NCBI GenBank assembly: GCA_963705725.1
Contig: CAVPKM010000001.1
Coordinates: 1-64,000 of the forward strand
Length of the DNA: 64,000 bases
From: an uncultured Gammaproteobacteria bacterium
GTDB taxonomy: Bacteria; Pseudomonadota; Gammaproteobacteria; UBA6002
Reading direction: 5' to 3'
The notes below the pieces were generated by a model, which saw only the letters and a program-made list of their open reading frames with translations, had not been told where the DNA came from and searched no databases. The position numbers and the translations under genes are program-made. Below are positions 51,362-61,195 of this stretch, piece by piece; position 1 is the first letter of the stretch; each line of letters begins with the position of its first letter.

Positions 51362-54298
51362 ATGCAGGTTACTAATGTGATGGCATTCCTTATGCCGATC
51401 GCACTGTTTCTCTATTGGGGTGCGATAGGTTATGCAGGACTGACCTTGCTCAATCCAAAACAACCTATTCTTAAAAATCTTTTATTTTCACCTATTATTG
51501 GAGTGTCGATTAACCTGCTGCCACTTGTTTGGTTAAATCGTTTTGGATTGCCGGTTGCTTCCTTTGCTGTGCCACTTGCTCTTGGTCTTTTTATAGTTAG
51601 CGGTTTCATCTTGATCGCGAAACGACCATATTTTCCACTAAAGCAATATCTTCCTTTTTTCGGAATATTTTTCTTAGCATTGCTGATTACGGGCCATCCT
51701 TTACTCCAGTTTGGTTTTGATTGGGTTAGCTATGTCAATGATGATATGACTAATTATTGTTTAATGGCGGCGCGCTTATTGAAACATGGATTTTTTGAGC
51801 TGCCAAATATTAATCATCTAATAAATTACAATGATGGCACTTATTTTGCTTGGTTGATTCATGTCCCATCAGGAAGCCGATTTGGTGCAGATATTTTACT
51901 TGCACTTGTTAGCGGGCTGATGAATTTAAAAACAACAAAATGTTTTATGCCGCTTATATTAAGTTTTCATTTGATTTTGATCAGTACAACAGGGGCGATG
52001 GCTATTGATCATAAAAAAAATCGATCGCTCGCCTTATTTGCTTGTGCATTAGTTACTTTTTGTGCCCTGGTGACTTTTGGTACTTTATATCAATTGATTG
52101 CACAAGTGTTAGGACTTAGTTTGTTAATTGCTTCATTGTTATTACTATGTAAGCCGGTTACTGAAAACAATTTTATAAGGAGAGGAATGCTTCTTGGCAT
52201 GGTTACTTCGGCCTTATTGATCTCCTACTCAGAGGCAGTGCCATTTTTAGGATTGGCTTATTTATTGTTCGTTGGATTAAATTTCCGTCGATTCGCTTAT
52301 TTCCATCATTCCTGGAATCAACTGTCTCAGTTACGACTTTTGAGGATCCTGCGGACAAGGGATCGGACAACATGGACAAAAAATGAATATTATAATCAGT
52401 ATTACTTGCGCATGTTAGTCGTTGCATTGATCCTTTTTCTACTGTTCACCAACACCTATTTAATTTCAAGTCTGTTTTATCTTTATGAGCAGGTTGCGAC
52501 AGGTTTTGCGACAATTCATTCTAAAATCAGTATTTTATTTCCTTTCTTCTTAATTCCAAGCGGATTAGCCGATTTTTGGGGACTGCAAGCAGAATCTTTT
52601 TATTTTCAAGATCCTTGGATGTCGCTAACAATTATATTGGGCGCGATTTTTAGTTTGATCGCATTTGTTGGCAGCCTTTTTCTGCTATTTAAATTTCGAT
52701 TACCCTCAGCAATCATGACTTTTGCTATGTTAATCGTTGGCATACAGTTATTTGTAAGTCATTCAGACTTCGGATTATTTAAGCTGGGGATGTATATCCA
52801 ACCGTTTGTGTTAACCACGATAGCAATTTTGCTTTTCGAGCTGATAAAGAATAAAAAAATCCGACTTTTATTGTTAGTGATGCTGCTTTCTTCAAATGTG
52901 TTTGCTTTAAATTATTATATATCGAGAAGTAAGGGGGAGATTGCGGGATCTTTTGCAGAGATTCCCTTTGCTTCGAGTTCTAAAATCGCTCGTGAATTTT
53001 CTGGCCTTTATAATAAAGTTCCAGAAGGGAAAAAGGTTAGACTCAATGATCAAAATTATCAATTATTTAAATTATTAGCAGTAGAATTTGATAATAACAA
53101 AGCGATTGACTCAAATGTGGGATTAATTGCTTTACGTAGACGACCAGTAAAGAATGTCACGAATACAGAATTTGAAAAACATTTTTTTAATTCTGATGCT
53201 GAATATCAGTTCAAGAAAAAAATTGAAACTGAATTAATAAAAAAAGAACTTTCATGGCCAGATAAAAAAATAACGACTTTCTCATTTTCGGCAATTAATC
53301 ATTCTCATCAAGACCCAAATAACACAGTAGTGATAACCTCGACTTCTCAACGAACGGTTATCAATAGTAGAAAGACGGAGAAGGCGAGAGGGAATTTTAT
53401 TCTCACGAATTGGTCCGACACAGAAAATATATTGGAATTCATCAACAGTTCGCTTGGCCTTTCTTCTAGCGCTTCACCCACGCGATCAAATGTTACATTA
53501 GATAATATAGAGCCTGACTTTTACTATCCAGGCAAACTCATGCAGGCGATCGGACAGTATTTATTTTTTAAAGCGTTAAATCCTACTCACTCGGTGAGAG
53601 TGGCACTTTCTATTACAAACAGTCTAAGTCTTGATGGTGTAAATAAATTGCCGGCAGCTTCTGTACTTGGCAATTCACGTGCGATGTTTGAAGTAATGGG
53701 TCGTGGTTCGGCGCGTGTTTTTTCGTCCCCATTGGCAGCTAAGAAGTTTGAAGGAGAACATTATCTTTTGTTAGATGTAAACGGGCTACCTTATAGTTTT
53801 CCTGAAGTGAAACCAGGCCTAATGAAACTTTATGGAAATTCAATTTCCGTTATGACTAAGAGTTTAGTGAGTTTTGCAAGAGAAATTTCACTCGTTTCAG
53901 AAAAGGAATATGATGCGCTTATCCCTCCCACACAAGTTGAAAAATTTCCACAAGATCTGGCCAATAGTAGTTTGGAATATTCAGGAATTTATGAGGATGG
54001 CTGGTTATCGGAAAATGCTTTTTTAATTTTGAAAAAAGCAAAATCACAAAAAAAAATACAGCTTAAATTTATGATTCCAGCAATTGATAAAAATTTCAGC
54101 ACGCAGCTGACTGTGTTGCTAAATGGAAAGAAAATCTTAGTTAAGCCACTTGCTCCAGGGATGCATGATTATGTTATCCCTCAAACATCAGGCCTGATTG
54201 GAAAATGCAAAGTCGAACTGCATTTTAGTAAATTTCAAAGGCTACCTGGCATTGAACGACCCGTTGCTGCCTGGATTCAGTTTATTGGTTTTCAATAA
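51362..54298 (+). CDS. Large polytopic membrane protein, GT-C-like (paralog 1)
   Basis: Multi-TM N-half with loop motif WVSYVNDDMTNY; soluble C-half ending YSGIYEDGW. Confidence 0.7.
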   Translation: MQVTNVMAFLMPIALFLYWGAIGYAGLTLLNPKQPILKNLLFSPIIGVSINLLPLVWLNRFGLPVASFAVPLALGLFIVSGFILIAKRPYFPLKQYLPFFGIFFLALLITGHPLLQFGFDWVSYVNDDMTNYCLMAARLLKHGFFELPNINHLINYNDGTYFAWLIHVPSGSRFGADILLALVSGLMNLKTTKCFMPLILSFHLILISTTGAMAIDHKKNRSLALFACALVTFCALVTFGTLYQLIAQVLGLSLLIASLLLLCKPVTENNFIRRGMLLGMVTSALLISYSEAVPFLGLAYLLFVGLNFRRFAYFHHSWNQLSQLRLLRILRTRDRTTWTKNEYYNQYYLRMLVVALILFLLFTNTYLISSLFYLYEQVATGFATIHSKISILFPFFLIPSGLADFWGLQAESFYFQDPWMSLTIILGAIFSLIAFVGSLFLLFKFRLPSAIMTFAMLIVGIQLFVSHSDFGLFKLGMYIQPFVLTTIAILLFELIKNKKIRLLLLVMLLSSNVFALNYYISRSKGEIAGSFAEIPFASSSKIAREFSGLYNKVPEGKKVRLNDQNYQLFKLLAVEFDNNKAIDSNVGLIALRRRPVKNVTNTEFEKHFFNSDAEYQFKKKIETELIKKELSWPDKKITTFSFSAINHSHQDPNNTVVITSTSQRTVINSRKTEKARGNFILTNWSDTENILEFINSSLGLSSSASPTRSNVTLDNIEPDFYYPGKLMQAIGQYLFFKALNPTHSVRVALSITNSLSLDGVNKLPAASVLGNSRAMFEVMGRGSARVFSSPLAAKKFEGEHYLLLDVNGLPYSFPEVKPGLMKLYGNSISVMTKSLVSFAREISLVSEKEYDALIPPTQVEKFPQDLANSSLEYSGIYEDGWLSENAFLILKKAKSQKKIQLKFMIPAIDKNFSTQLTVLLNGKKILVKPLAPGMHDYVIPQTSGLIGKCKVELHFSKFQRLPGIERPVAAWIQFIGFQ

Positions 54299-54311
54299 AT
54301 AGAGTAAATCT

Positions 54312-57164
54312 ATGCAAGGATTGCTGGCTTTTTTAACGCCGATTGCGTTGTTTATTTTTTGGAGCATAATGGGTTTTGCCGTGTTGAGTTTGTTTAACCC
54401 ACAAGGTAATGCACTCAAAAATAGCCTACTATCCCCCATTATTGGTGTTTCAATTACCATCCTACCTTTATTTTGGCTAAGCCGTTTTGGGTTGCCGGTT
54501 AGTGTCATTGCTTGGCCTTTAGCACTTAGTCTTTTATTTATTAGCCTGCTCATTTTAATTTGGCAGCGCCCTGTATTTCCGCTTAAAGATTATTTCCCCT
54601 TTGCAGGAATATTTCTTTTAGCTTTATCACTCACGGGTTATCCCTTGCTGCAATTCGGCTTTGATTGGGTCAGTTATGTTAACGATGATATGACCAACTA
54701 TTGCCTGCTCGCTGCTCGCCTTTTAAAGCATGGATTTTTTCAGATGCCGAAAATCGAGGAATTGCTTGGAAGTAATGATGGCAGTTTGTTGATGTGGTAT
54801 CTCCATGTTCCAGGTGCGAATCGATGCGGAGCAGAATTTATCTTGGCATTTGTCAGTGGACTCATGAGATTAAAAACCAGCTCTTGTTTTATGCCAACAA
54901 TTTTAAGTTTACATTTAATTTTAATTAGTTCTACGGCTGCATTTGCAATGGGACAAGTTAAAAACCAGCGACTCACAGCTTGGGTTGCCGCCTTATTATT
55001 GACATTTTCTGCTTTAACTAGTTTGGGGACGCTATACCAATTAATTGCCCAAGTGCTGGGATTAAGTTTATTAGTTACTTGTATAATTTTTTTGTTGCAA
55101 CCAATTAAAGAAAATCAAGTGATAAGAAAGAGCTTATTATTTTCGTTGATTGTGACAGCAACATTAATTAGTTACCCGGAAGTCATTCCCTTTATTGTAG
55201 TGAGCTTCATGCTTTATACGCTGCTGAATGTTATTCAGAAAAAAAATCCATTTAGCATGGCCTATTTGAAAATGCTGCTTTATTGCTTGGGATTTTCTTT
55301 AATCTTTGCAAATAAATATTTAGTTTCCGCGTTTAATTTTCTTTATATACAAATGCTCATTGGTTTTAGCCATCCCGATCAGCTGACTCGTGTTATGCTT
55401 TTCCCCTATTATTTAATTCCAAGTGGCCTCGCGAATTTTTGGGGGTTGCAAGCTTTTTCTGTTTATCCGCAAGAGCCTTGGTTATCAATCAGTATTTTAT
55501 TTGGCGCAATCTTAAGTTTGCTCACGCTATGTTGCATAGGTTGGGTGCTGAAAAAATATCGAGCACCATCAGCAATTGTCGTTGTCGCAATGTTACTTCC
55601 TGGTGTTAAATTATTTCTTTCCCAGTCTGATTTTGGATTGTATAAGCTTGCTATGTACCTGCAGCCTTTTCTTTTAGTGACGTTCGCTATTTTCATTCTC
55701 CATGTAATCAGAATAAATTGGATGAAAACTCTGTTGGTGTTGCTTATTATTTCTGTCAATTTCTATGCGCTGATTTATTATGCTTCTGCCAGTAAGGGGC
55801 TGATAGCGGGGTCTGCAGTGGAAGTTCCCTTTGCTTCTAGTTCAAAAATTAGTCAAGAATTTGCGATGCTTTATAATCGTATTGATAATAATAAAGTTGT
55901 GTTAATTAATGACCCCAATTTACAATTATTTAAATTAGCCGCCATTCAGTTTAATGGAAAAAAGAAAATTGATTCTAGTCCTGGTTTAGTCACCTTAAAT
56001 TTAAATCCTTATGAAACGGATTTTAGTAAGGTGTTGCCTAATCAATTTTTCTTTTATAAAGAGTTGAAAGAAATTAATGACCAAGTGAGAGCCAATTTAA
56101 TTAACGAAATATTTATTTCTCCCGATTCTAAAATACCGCTTATTACTTTTTTAACGTTGAAAAAAAAACAGGTAAAACTCGAAGATATTTGTATTATCAG
56201 TTCTACTGCAGGACGAAATATTCTTAATCATCGCCACACTTTGCATGAGAAAGGAAATTTTGTACTTTCTAATTGGGCAAGTACGCGTAATTTTCTCGAA
56301 TATGTTAATTGTTCTCATGGTTTTTCTTCTAGTGTCATACGAGGAAGTAATGTTTCGCTACATAATGTGGAAAAAGATTTAAATTATCCGGGAAAAATTA
56401 TGCAGGGAATAGGGCAATATCTACTTTTTAAAACACTCAATCCTTCATCGAAAAGTAGAATGTCTCTTGATATTAGTAACACGTTAACTGCAAGCAATGA
56501 AAATAAATTGCCATCACCACAAGTCATCGGTCAAACGATTGCTAGGTTTGGAATAGTAGGGCGTGGTTCGGCACGGGTTTTTTCTCCTCCTTTGACGCCA
56601 CAAAAAATCGGAGCATTTGACTATCTCTTGCTGAATATGGAAAGACCCCCATTTAAATTTCCCCATCCTAGAACCGGCTTAATGAAACTTTATGGTGATC
56701 AGATTGAAATCGATGTTAAGCAAATCGTCAGTTTTAGTCGTGATATTTCCTTGATCTCGAATAAGGAATATGAATCACTCAATCCTCCTGCTCAGCTTGA
56801 AAAGTTTCCGCAGGATCTCGCCAATATGAATTTAGAATATTCAGGAATTTATGAAGATGGATGGATATCGGAAGAATCATTTTTTATTTTGAAAAAGGAA
56901 GCAGGATACCAAGTATTACAACTCAAATTAATGGTGCCGGAGATTGATAATAAGCAATTCACCACGCAGTTGACTATGTTGTTAGACGGTAAAGAAATTC
57001 TGGTTAGAAAACTCCCACTCGGATTATTTGATTACTGCATCCCATTGACTGATGTGTTAACTGGAAAGCATAAAGTTGAATTACATTTTAATAAATTTCA
57101 AAAATTACCACGAGGAGATAATCGTCCCGTGGTGGGTTCTTTGAAATTTATTGGGTTTAAGTGA
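54312..57164 (+). CDS. Large polytopic membrane protein, GT-C-like (paralog 2)
   Basis: Colinear tandem paralog of 51362-54298. Confidence 0.7.
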   Translation: MQGLLAFLTPIALFIFWSIMGFAVLSLFNPQGNALKNSLLSPIIGVSITILPLFWLSRFGLPVSVIAWPLALSLLFISLLILIWQRPVFPLKDYFPFAGIFLLALSLTGYPLLQFGFDWVSYVNDDMTNYCLLAARLLKHGFFQMPKIEELLGSNDGSLLMWYLHVPGANRCGAEFILAFVSGLMRLKTSSCFMPTILSLHLILISSTAAFAMGQVKNQRLTAWVAALLLTFSALTSLGTLYQLIAQVLGLSLLVTCIIFLLQPIKENQVIRKSLLFSLIVTATLISYPEVIPFIVVSFMLYTLLNVIQKKNPFSMAYLKMLLYCLGFSLIFANKYLVSAFNFLYIQMLIGFSHPDQLTRVMLFPYYLIPSGLANFWGLQAFSVYPQEPWLSISILFGAILSLLTLCCIGWVLKKYRAPSAIVVVAMLLPGVKLFLSQSDFGLYKLAMYLQPFLLVTFAIFILHVIRINWMKTLLVLLIISVNFYALIYYASASKGLIAGSAVEVPFASSSKISQEFAMLYNRIDNNKVVLINDPNLQLFKLAAIQFNGKKKIDSSPGLVTLNLNPYETDFSKVLPNQFFFYKELKEINDQVRANLINEIFISPDSKIPLITFLTLKKKQVKLEDICIISSTAGRNILNHRHTLHEKGNFVLSNWASTRNFLEYVNCSHGFSSSVIRGSNVSLHNVEKDLNYPGKIMQGIGQYLLFKTLNPSSKSRMSLDISNTLTASNENKLPSPQVIGQTIARFGIVGRGSARVFSPPLTPQKIGAFDYLLLNMERPPFKFPHPRTGLMKLYGDQIEIDVKQIVSFSRDISLISNKEYESLNPPAQLEKFPQDLANMNLEYSGIYEDGWISEESFFILKKEAGYQVLQLKLMVPEIDNKQFTTQLTMLLDGKEILVRKLPLGLFDYCIPLTDVLTGKHKVELHFNKFQKLPRGDNRPVVGSLKFIGFK

Positions 57165-57425
57165 CAAACATCTTTATTGTTATTTATTAAATTTACAAAA
57201 AACTACCTTATTTTATCTTGTAACCGATTAATTTAGATAGAAATTTATTTTGATGGATGGTTGCTCGTGTGGGCAGGCATGACAAACGGGCTGATACCTA
57301 TTGTCAGGACTTGCTTTAAACATTACACTGCTGCTTCCTTGGCAGCTTTGTGTAGCTACAAAGTGTCTGGGGTCATGGAAATTTCTTACAGGAGTTCGAA
57401 TAATAGATAATAATAAGAGGTTTTT

Positions 57426-58052
57426 ATGAAAAAACTGATAAAAATGATTAGCCTGTCATTAATTTCTTTGCCTGTAAGCCAGGTAGTATTGGCCACATCT
57501 TATAATCATTGTCACCCATTTTATCTTGGGGCAGAAATCGGTTATGGAGATACGCATTATAGTGACGTGGTGATATTTGACCAAAAGCATGCACTTGGTG
57601 ATAAAGGCAGGGCAAAAGATGGCGGCTTGGCGGGACGTTTACTTGCAGGTTTTGATATCAATCAAAATCTTGCGCTAGAACTTGGCTATACCCGTTACTC
57701 AAATCCAGAGTATCATTTTGATAATGACTCCAAATACAGCTTTTCAGAGCAATCACTTGACTTCTTAGCAAAAGTGTCCCTTCCTGTTACCTGTCAGCTA
57801 AGCGTTTATGCTAAGGGTGGTTTGTCCTATGTTCATACTGATGATGCAGAGCGTGTAGTTAACAACAACACCGTATATAAATTATCAGAATCGAATACTC
57901 AGGTTAGACCAATGTTAGGTGTTGGGGCAAGTTATGCTTTCACTCCAAAAGTCGCAGGCACTGTTGGTTATTATCGAACCTTCGGTAAAGAAAATTTAGG
58001 TGATGGTGATGCAGATTTTGTTGGAGCAGGAATAACCTTTAGAATTGGTTAA
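57426..58052 (+). CDS. OmpA-like outer-membrane beta-barrel protein
   Basis: Signal peptide, FYLGAEIG, ALELGY, YAKGG, terminal GAGITFRIG strand. Confidence 0.85.
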   Translation: MKKLIKMISLSLISLPVSQVVLATSYNHCHPFYLGAEIGYGDTHYSDVVIFDQKHALGDKGRAKDGGLAGRLLAGFDINQNLALELGYTRYSNPEYHFDNDSKYSFSEQSLDFLAKVSLPVTCQLSVYAKGGLSYVHTDDAERVVNNNTVYKLSESNTQVRPMLGVGASYAFTPKVAGTVGYYRTFGKENLGDGDADFVGAGITFRIG

Positions 58053-58057
58053 TCGTT

Positions 58058-58098
58058 TTTGAAAAATCAAGAGGAGGAGACTCCTCTTGATTTTCAAA
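58058..58098. terminator. Long hairpin after the OMP gene
   Basis: TTTGAAAA.ATCAAGAGGAG-GAGA-CTCCTCTTGATTTTCAAA. Confidence 0.6.
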
Positions 58099-58115
58099 GG
58101 ATTAAGGAGGAGAAG

Positions 58116-58331
58116 ATGACAAAAAAACAAGCTTGCACCACCGTGCATTATGAAATTACGCGGCATGATTTACCCTTATCCTGTCCTATGCCTAAGATGC
58201 GTTTGTGGGATGCACATCCACGAGTTTTTTTGTCGATTGAAGAATCGGGCCATGCCGTTTGTCCTTATTGTAGTACTGAATATTTCCTAAAAGATTTTGA
58301 AAAAAGAAACAAACTTATCGATAACTGTTGA
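58116..58331 (+). CDS. zf-CHCC zinc-finger protein
   Basis: DLPLSCP..W.AHPRVFL....CPYC; AAGGAGG RBS before 58116. Confidence 0.85.
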   Translation: MTKKQACTTVHYEITRHDLPLSCPMPKMRLWDAHPRVFLSIEESGHAVCPYCSTEYFLKDFEKRNKLIDNC

Positions 58332-58350
58332 TGTAAAGGTGTCCATTCGC

Positions 58351-59382
58351 ATGGAGTCTCAAATCTTAGTAGTGGGTCCTGCTTGGATCGGCGATATGGT
58401 AATGGCTCAGACATTATTCAAACTGTTAAAATATCATCATCCCTCGCTTGCGATTGATGTGGTGTCCCCTTCTTGGACGATGCCCCTGGTTTCCCGTATG
58501 CCTGAAGTTCGTACCGCGATTTCTTTTCCATTTAAGCATGGAGAACTGAAATTATTTAAACGGTATGCCTTTGCTAAAGCTCTGCGAAAAAAGCATTATA
58601 CTCATGCGATTATCCTGCCACATTCTTTTAAGTCGGCACTGACCGCTTATTGGGCTAAAATTCCAAAGCGTACCGGTTGGGTGGGGGAGTCACGTTATGG
58701 GTTGCTGAATGATATCCGCCGTTTAAATAAAACAGATTATCCACTCATGATTCAACAGTTTGCTGCACTTGGAGTTGAAAAAACCCAAATTCTTCCTCAC
58801 CTCGAAGCCTTTTATCCCAAGCTTGAGGTCGATGAGCGGGATAAAATCGCCGCAACCAAAAAATTTGATTTTCATACTGAACAACCCATGTTGGCACTTT
58901 GCCCAGGCGCCGAATTTGGTCCTTCAAAACGCTGGCCTATTCATTATTTTTCAAGCGTTGCCCAATCCCTCTTGAATCAGGGTTGGCAGGTCGTGATTTT
59001 AGGTTCTCAAGCAGAAAGTCAGCTTGCAGATGATTTAATGGAGTCAACGAATGGGCGATGTATAGATCTCACAGGAAAAACCACATTAACAGAAGCAATC
59101 GATGTCCTTTCCCTTACCCAAGCAGTGATCGCTAATGATTCAGGATTAATGCATATTGCAGCGGCGCTTGATCGGCCACTTGTTGTTATCTATGGATCAT
59201 CATCCCCTGCTTTTACGCCGCCGCTGGGTAACAATGTGGCGATTGCAAATTTATCACTCGATTGCAGCCCTTGTTTTAAACGGCAATGTCCGTTAGGTCA
59301 TCATGATTGCATGCAAAAGTTGCAACCAGATAGCATTCTTTCAAAATTAGCCGCAATTGTTCCATCTCTACGAGAAGCATGA
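58351..59382 (+). CDS. waaF: LPS heptosyltransferase II
   Basis: ILVVGPAWIGDMVM, CPGAEFGPSKRWP, NDSGLMHIAAA. Confidence 0.95.
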   Translation: MESQILVVGPAWIGDMVMAQTLFKLLKYHHPSLAIDVVSPSWTMPLVSRMPEVRTAISFPFKHGELKLFKRYAFAKALRKKHYTHAIILPHSFKSALTAYWAKIPKRTGWVGESRYGLLNDIRRLNKTDYPLMIQQFAALGVEKTQILPHLEAFYPKLEVDERDKIAATKKFDFHTEQPMLALCPGAEFGPSKRWPIHYFSSVAQSLLNQGWQVVILGSQAESQLADDLMESTNGRCIDLTGKTTLTEAIDVLSLTQAVIANDSGLMHIAAALDRPLVVIYGSSSPAFTPPLGNNVAIANLSLDCSPCFKRQCPLGHHDCMQKLQPDSILSKLAAIVPSLREA

Positions 59383-60413
59383 TGACTAAAATACTCATTG
59401 TAAAAACTTCTTCCATGGGTGATGTCATTCATTCACTGCCTGCATTGACAGATGCAGCCAAGGCGATACCAAATATTAATGTTGATTGGGTGGTAGAAGA
59501 AGCTTTTGCTGAAATTCCAAAATGGCATGCCAATGTGAATCAAGTGATGCCGATTGCTTGGCGTCGTTTTAGAAAAAAACCACTTTCACATTGGAGCATT
59601 AAAGGTATTAAACGCTTTTTGAGCGTACTTAGAAGTGAAAACTATGATTATATTATCGATGCCCAAGGGCTGATTAAAAGTGCGGTGATTGCAAGTTTGG
59701 CAAGAGGGACTCGCTTCGGACTTGATCGACATTCAGCTTGGGAATCGATTGCCAGTTTTGCCTATCAAAAAAAAATAGCGGTGGATCCCAAGCAGCATGC
59801 CATCACCCGTGTTCGGAAATTATTCAGTAGCGCGTTGGGTTATCCTTATCAGGACACTACTCCAGAATATGGAATGGTTACCCGTCACCTTAAGCAAAAT
59901 CACACAAACATCAGCGCTTACTTGGTCTTCATTCATGGTACAACGTGGAAGACCAAGGAATGGCCTGAAAAATATTGGATTGAGCTGGTTAAGCTTGCTG
60001 GAATAAAAGGATATCGTGTTTTGTTACCTTGGGGCAATGCGAGCGAATATGAACGCGCAAAACGAATTAGCCTGAATTTTGAGCATGTAGAAGTTTTGCC
60101 GGCCTGTTCTCTGAGTGAAATTGCAAGTTATCTCGTTGCTGCTGAAGGGATTGTCAGCGTGGATACCGGTTTGGGGCATTTAGCTGCGGCACTTTCTCTT
60201 CCTACTGTTTCCCTTTATGGGCCAACCGATCCAAAGGAAATCGGCACAATGGGAGCAAGGCAAGGTCATATTGCTGCAACTTTCAACTGCGCACCTTGCT
60301 TAAATTCATACTGTCGCTATGGGCAATCGAAACATGAATCCGCAGCTTGCTTTGTTTCTATTCCTCCCTCTCTGGTTTGGGATAGGTTACAAAAGGTGAT
60401 TGAATCATGCTAA
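59379..60413 (+). CDS. waaC: LPS heptosyltransferase I
   Basis: ILIVKTSSMGDVIH, DAQGLIKS, HGTTW..K.WP, VDTGLGHLA. Confidence 0.95.
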   Translation: MMTKILIVKTSSMGDVIHSLPALTDAAKAIPNINVDWVVEEAFAEIPKWHANVNQVMPIAWRRFRKKPLSHWSIKGIKRFLSVLRSENYDYIIDAQGLIKSAVIASLARGTRFGLDRHSAWESIASFAYQKKIAVDPKQHAITRVRKLFSSALGYPYQDTTPEYGMVTRHLKQNHTNISAYLVFIHGTTWKTKEWPEKYWIELVKLAGIKGYRVLLPWGNASEYERAKRISLNFEHVEVLPACSLSEIASYLVAAEGIVSVDTGLGHLAAALSLPTVSLYGPTDPKEIGTMGARQGHIAATFNCAPCLNSYCRYGQSKHESAACFVSIPPSLVWDRLQKVIESC

Positions 60414-61195
60414 GGGCAGTATCCATTATTATCACCACCTATAATTGGCCAGAAGCATTAGAACGGGTACTTGTGGGATTAACCCAGCAGACTTATGCTA
60501 ATTTTGAGGTGATCATTGCCGATGATGGTTCAGAGTCAAAGACAGCCTTATTGATAGAATCAATCAGGGAGCAATATTCATTGAACATCCACCATGTTTG
60601 GCAACCAGATGAAGGATTTCGGGCTGCAAAAATACGCAATAAAGCGGTGGCGATAGCAAGTGGCGATTATTTGGTATTTTTAGATGGTGACTGTATTCCG
60701 CTGCCAAGTTTCGTAAAAAGACATACGGCGCTCGCAGAACCTGGCTGGTTTGTTGCAGGGAATCGAATTTTATTAGGAAAGCCATATACTAAGGAAGTCA
60801 TTGAAAAAAAACTGGATCTAAGCAAATTAACTTTCTGGCAATGGCTTCTGCTTCGAAGTCGAGGTGGTTGCAATCGACTATTGCCATTGTTATTTTTAAG
60901 ACGATATAGAAGGAAAAACAAGCCTGACAAATGGCAGGGAGCGAAAACTTGCAACTTGGCTATCTGGAAGAAGGATTTTGACGCTGTTCGAGGATTTGAT
61001 GAGGCCTTTACCGGTTGGGGGTTTGAGGATTCCGATTTAGTGGTACGCCTCAATCACAGGGGAATAAAACGCAAGGAAGGAAAATTTGCCATTCCAGTAT
61101 TACATTTGTGGCACAAAGAAAATAATCGCATGGATGCAGATAATAATTACAGACGTTTTATGTTTAGCAAGAAGCGTCTTGAGGGAAAACAATAA
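60407..61195 (+). CDS. Glycosyltransferase family 2
   Basis: IITTYNWP, ADDGS, FLDGDC, GFDE.F.GWG.EDSD. Confidence 0.9.
   Translation: MLRAVSIIITTYNWPEALERVLVGLTQQTYANFEVIIADDGSESKTALLIESIREQYSLNIHHVWQPDEGFRAAKIRNKAVAIASGDYLVFLDGDCIPLPSFVKRHTALAEPGWFVAGNRILLGKPYTKEVIEKKLDLSKLTFWQWLLLRSRGGCNRLLPLLFLRRYRRKNKPDKWQGAKTCNLAIWKKDFDAVRGFDEAFTGWGFEDSDLVVRLNHRGIKRKEGKFAIPVLHLWHKENNRMDADNNYRRFMFSKKRLEGKQ

Noticed and set aside
57165-57425. Riboswitch or sRNA upstream of the OMP gene
   Set aside because: A few GGA motifs but no recognisable aptamer or convincing fold
18479-61053. Other short ORFs overlapping identified genes in the ORF track
   Set aside because: Alternative-frame or antisense overlaps with no motifs
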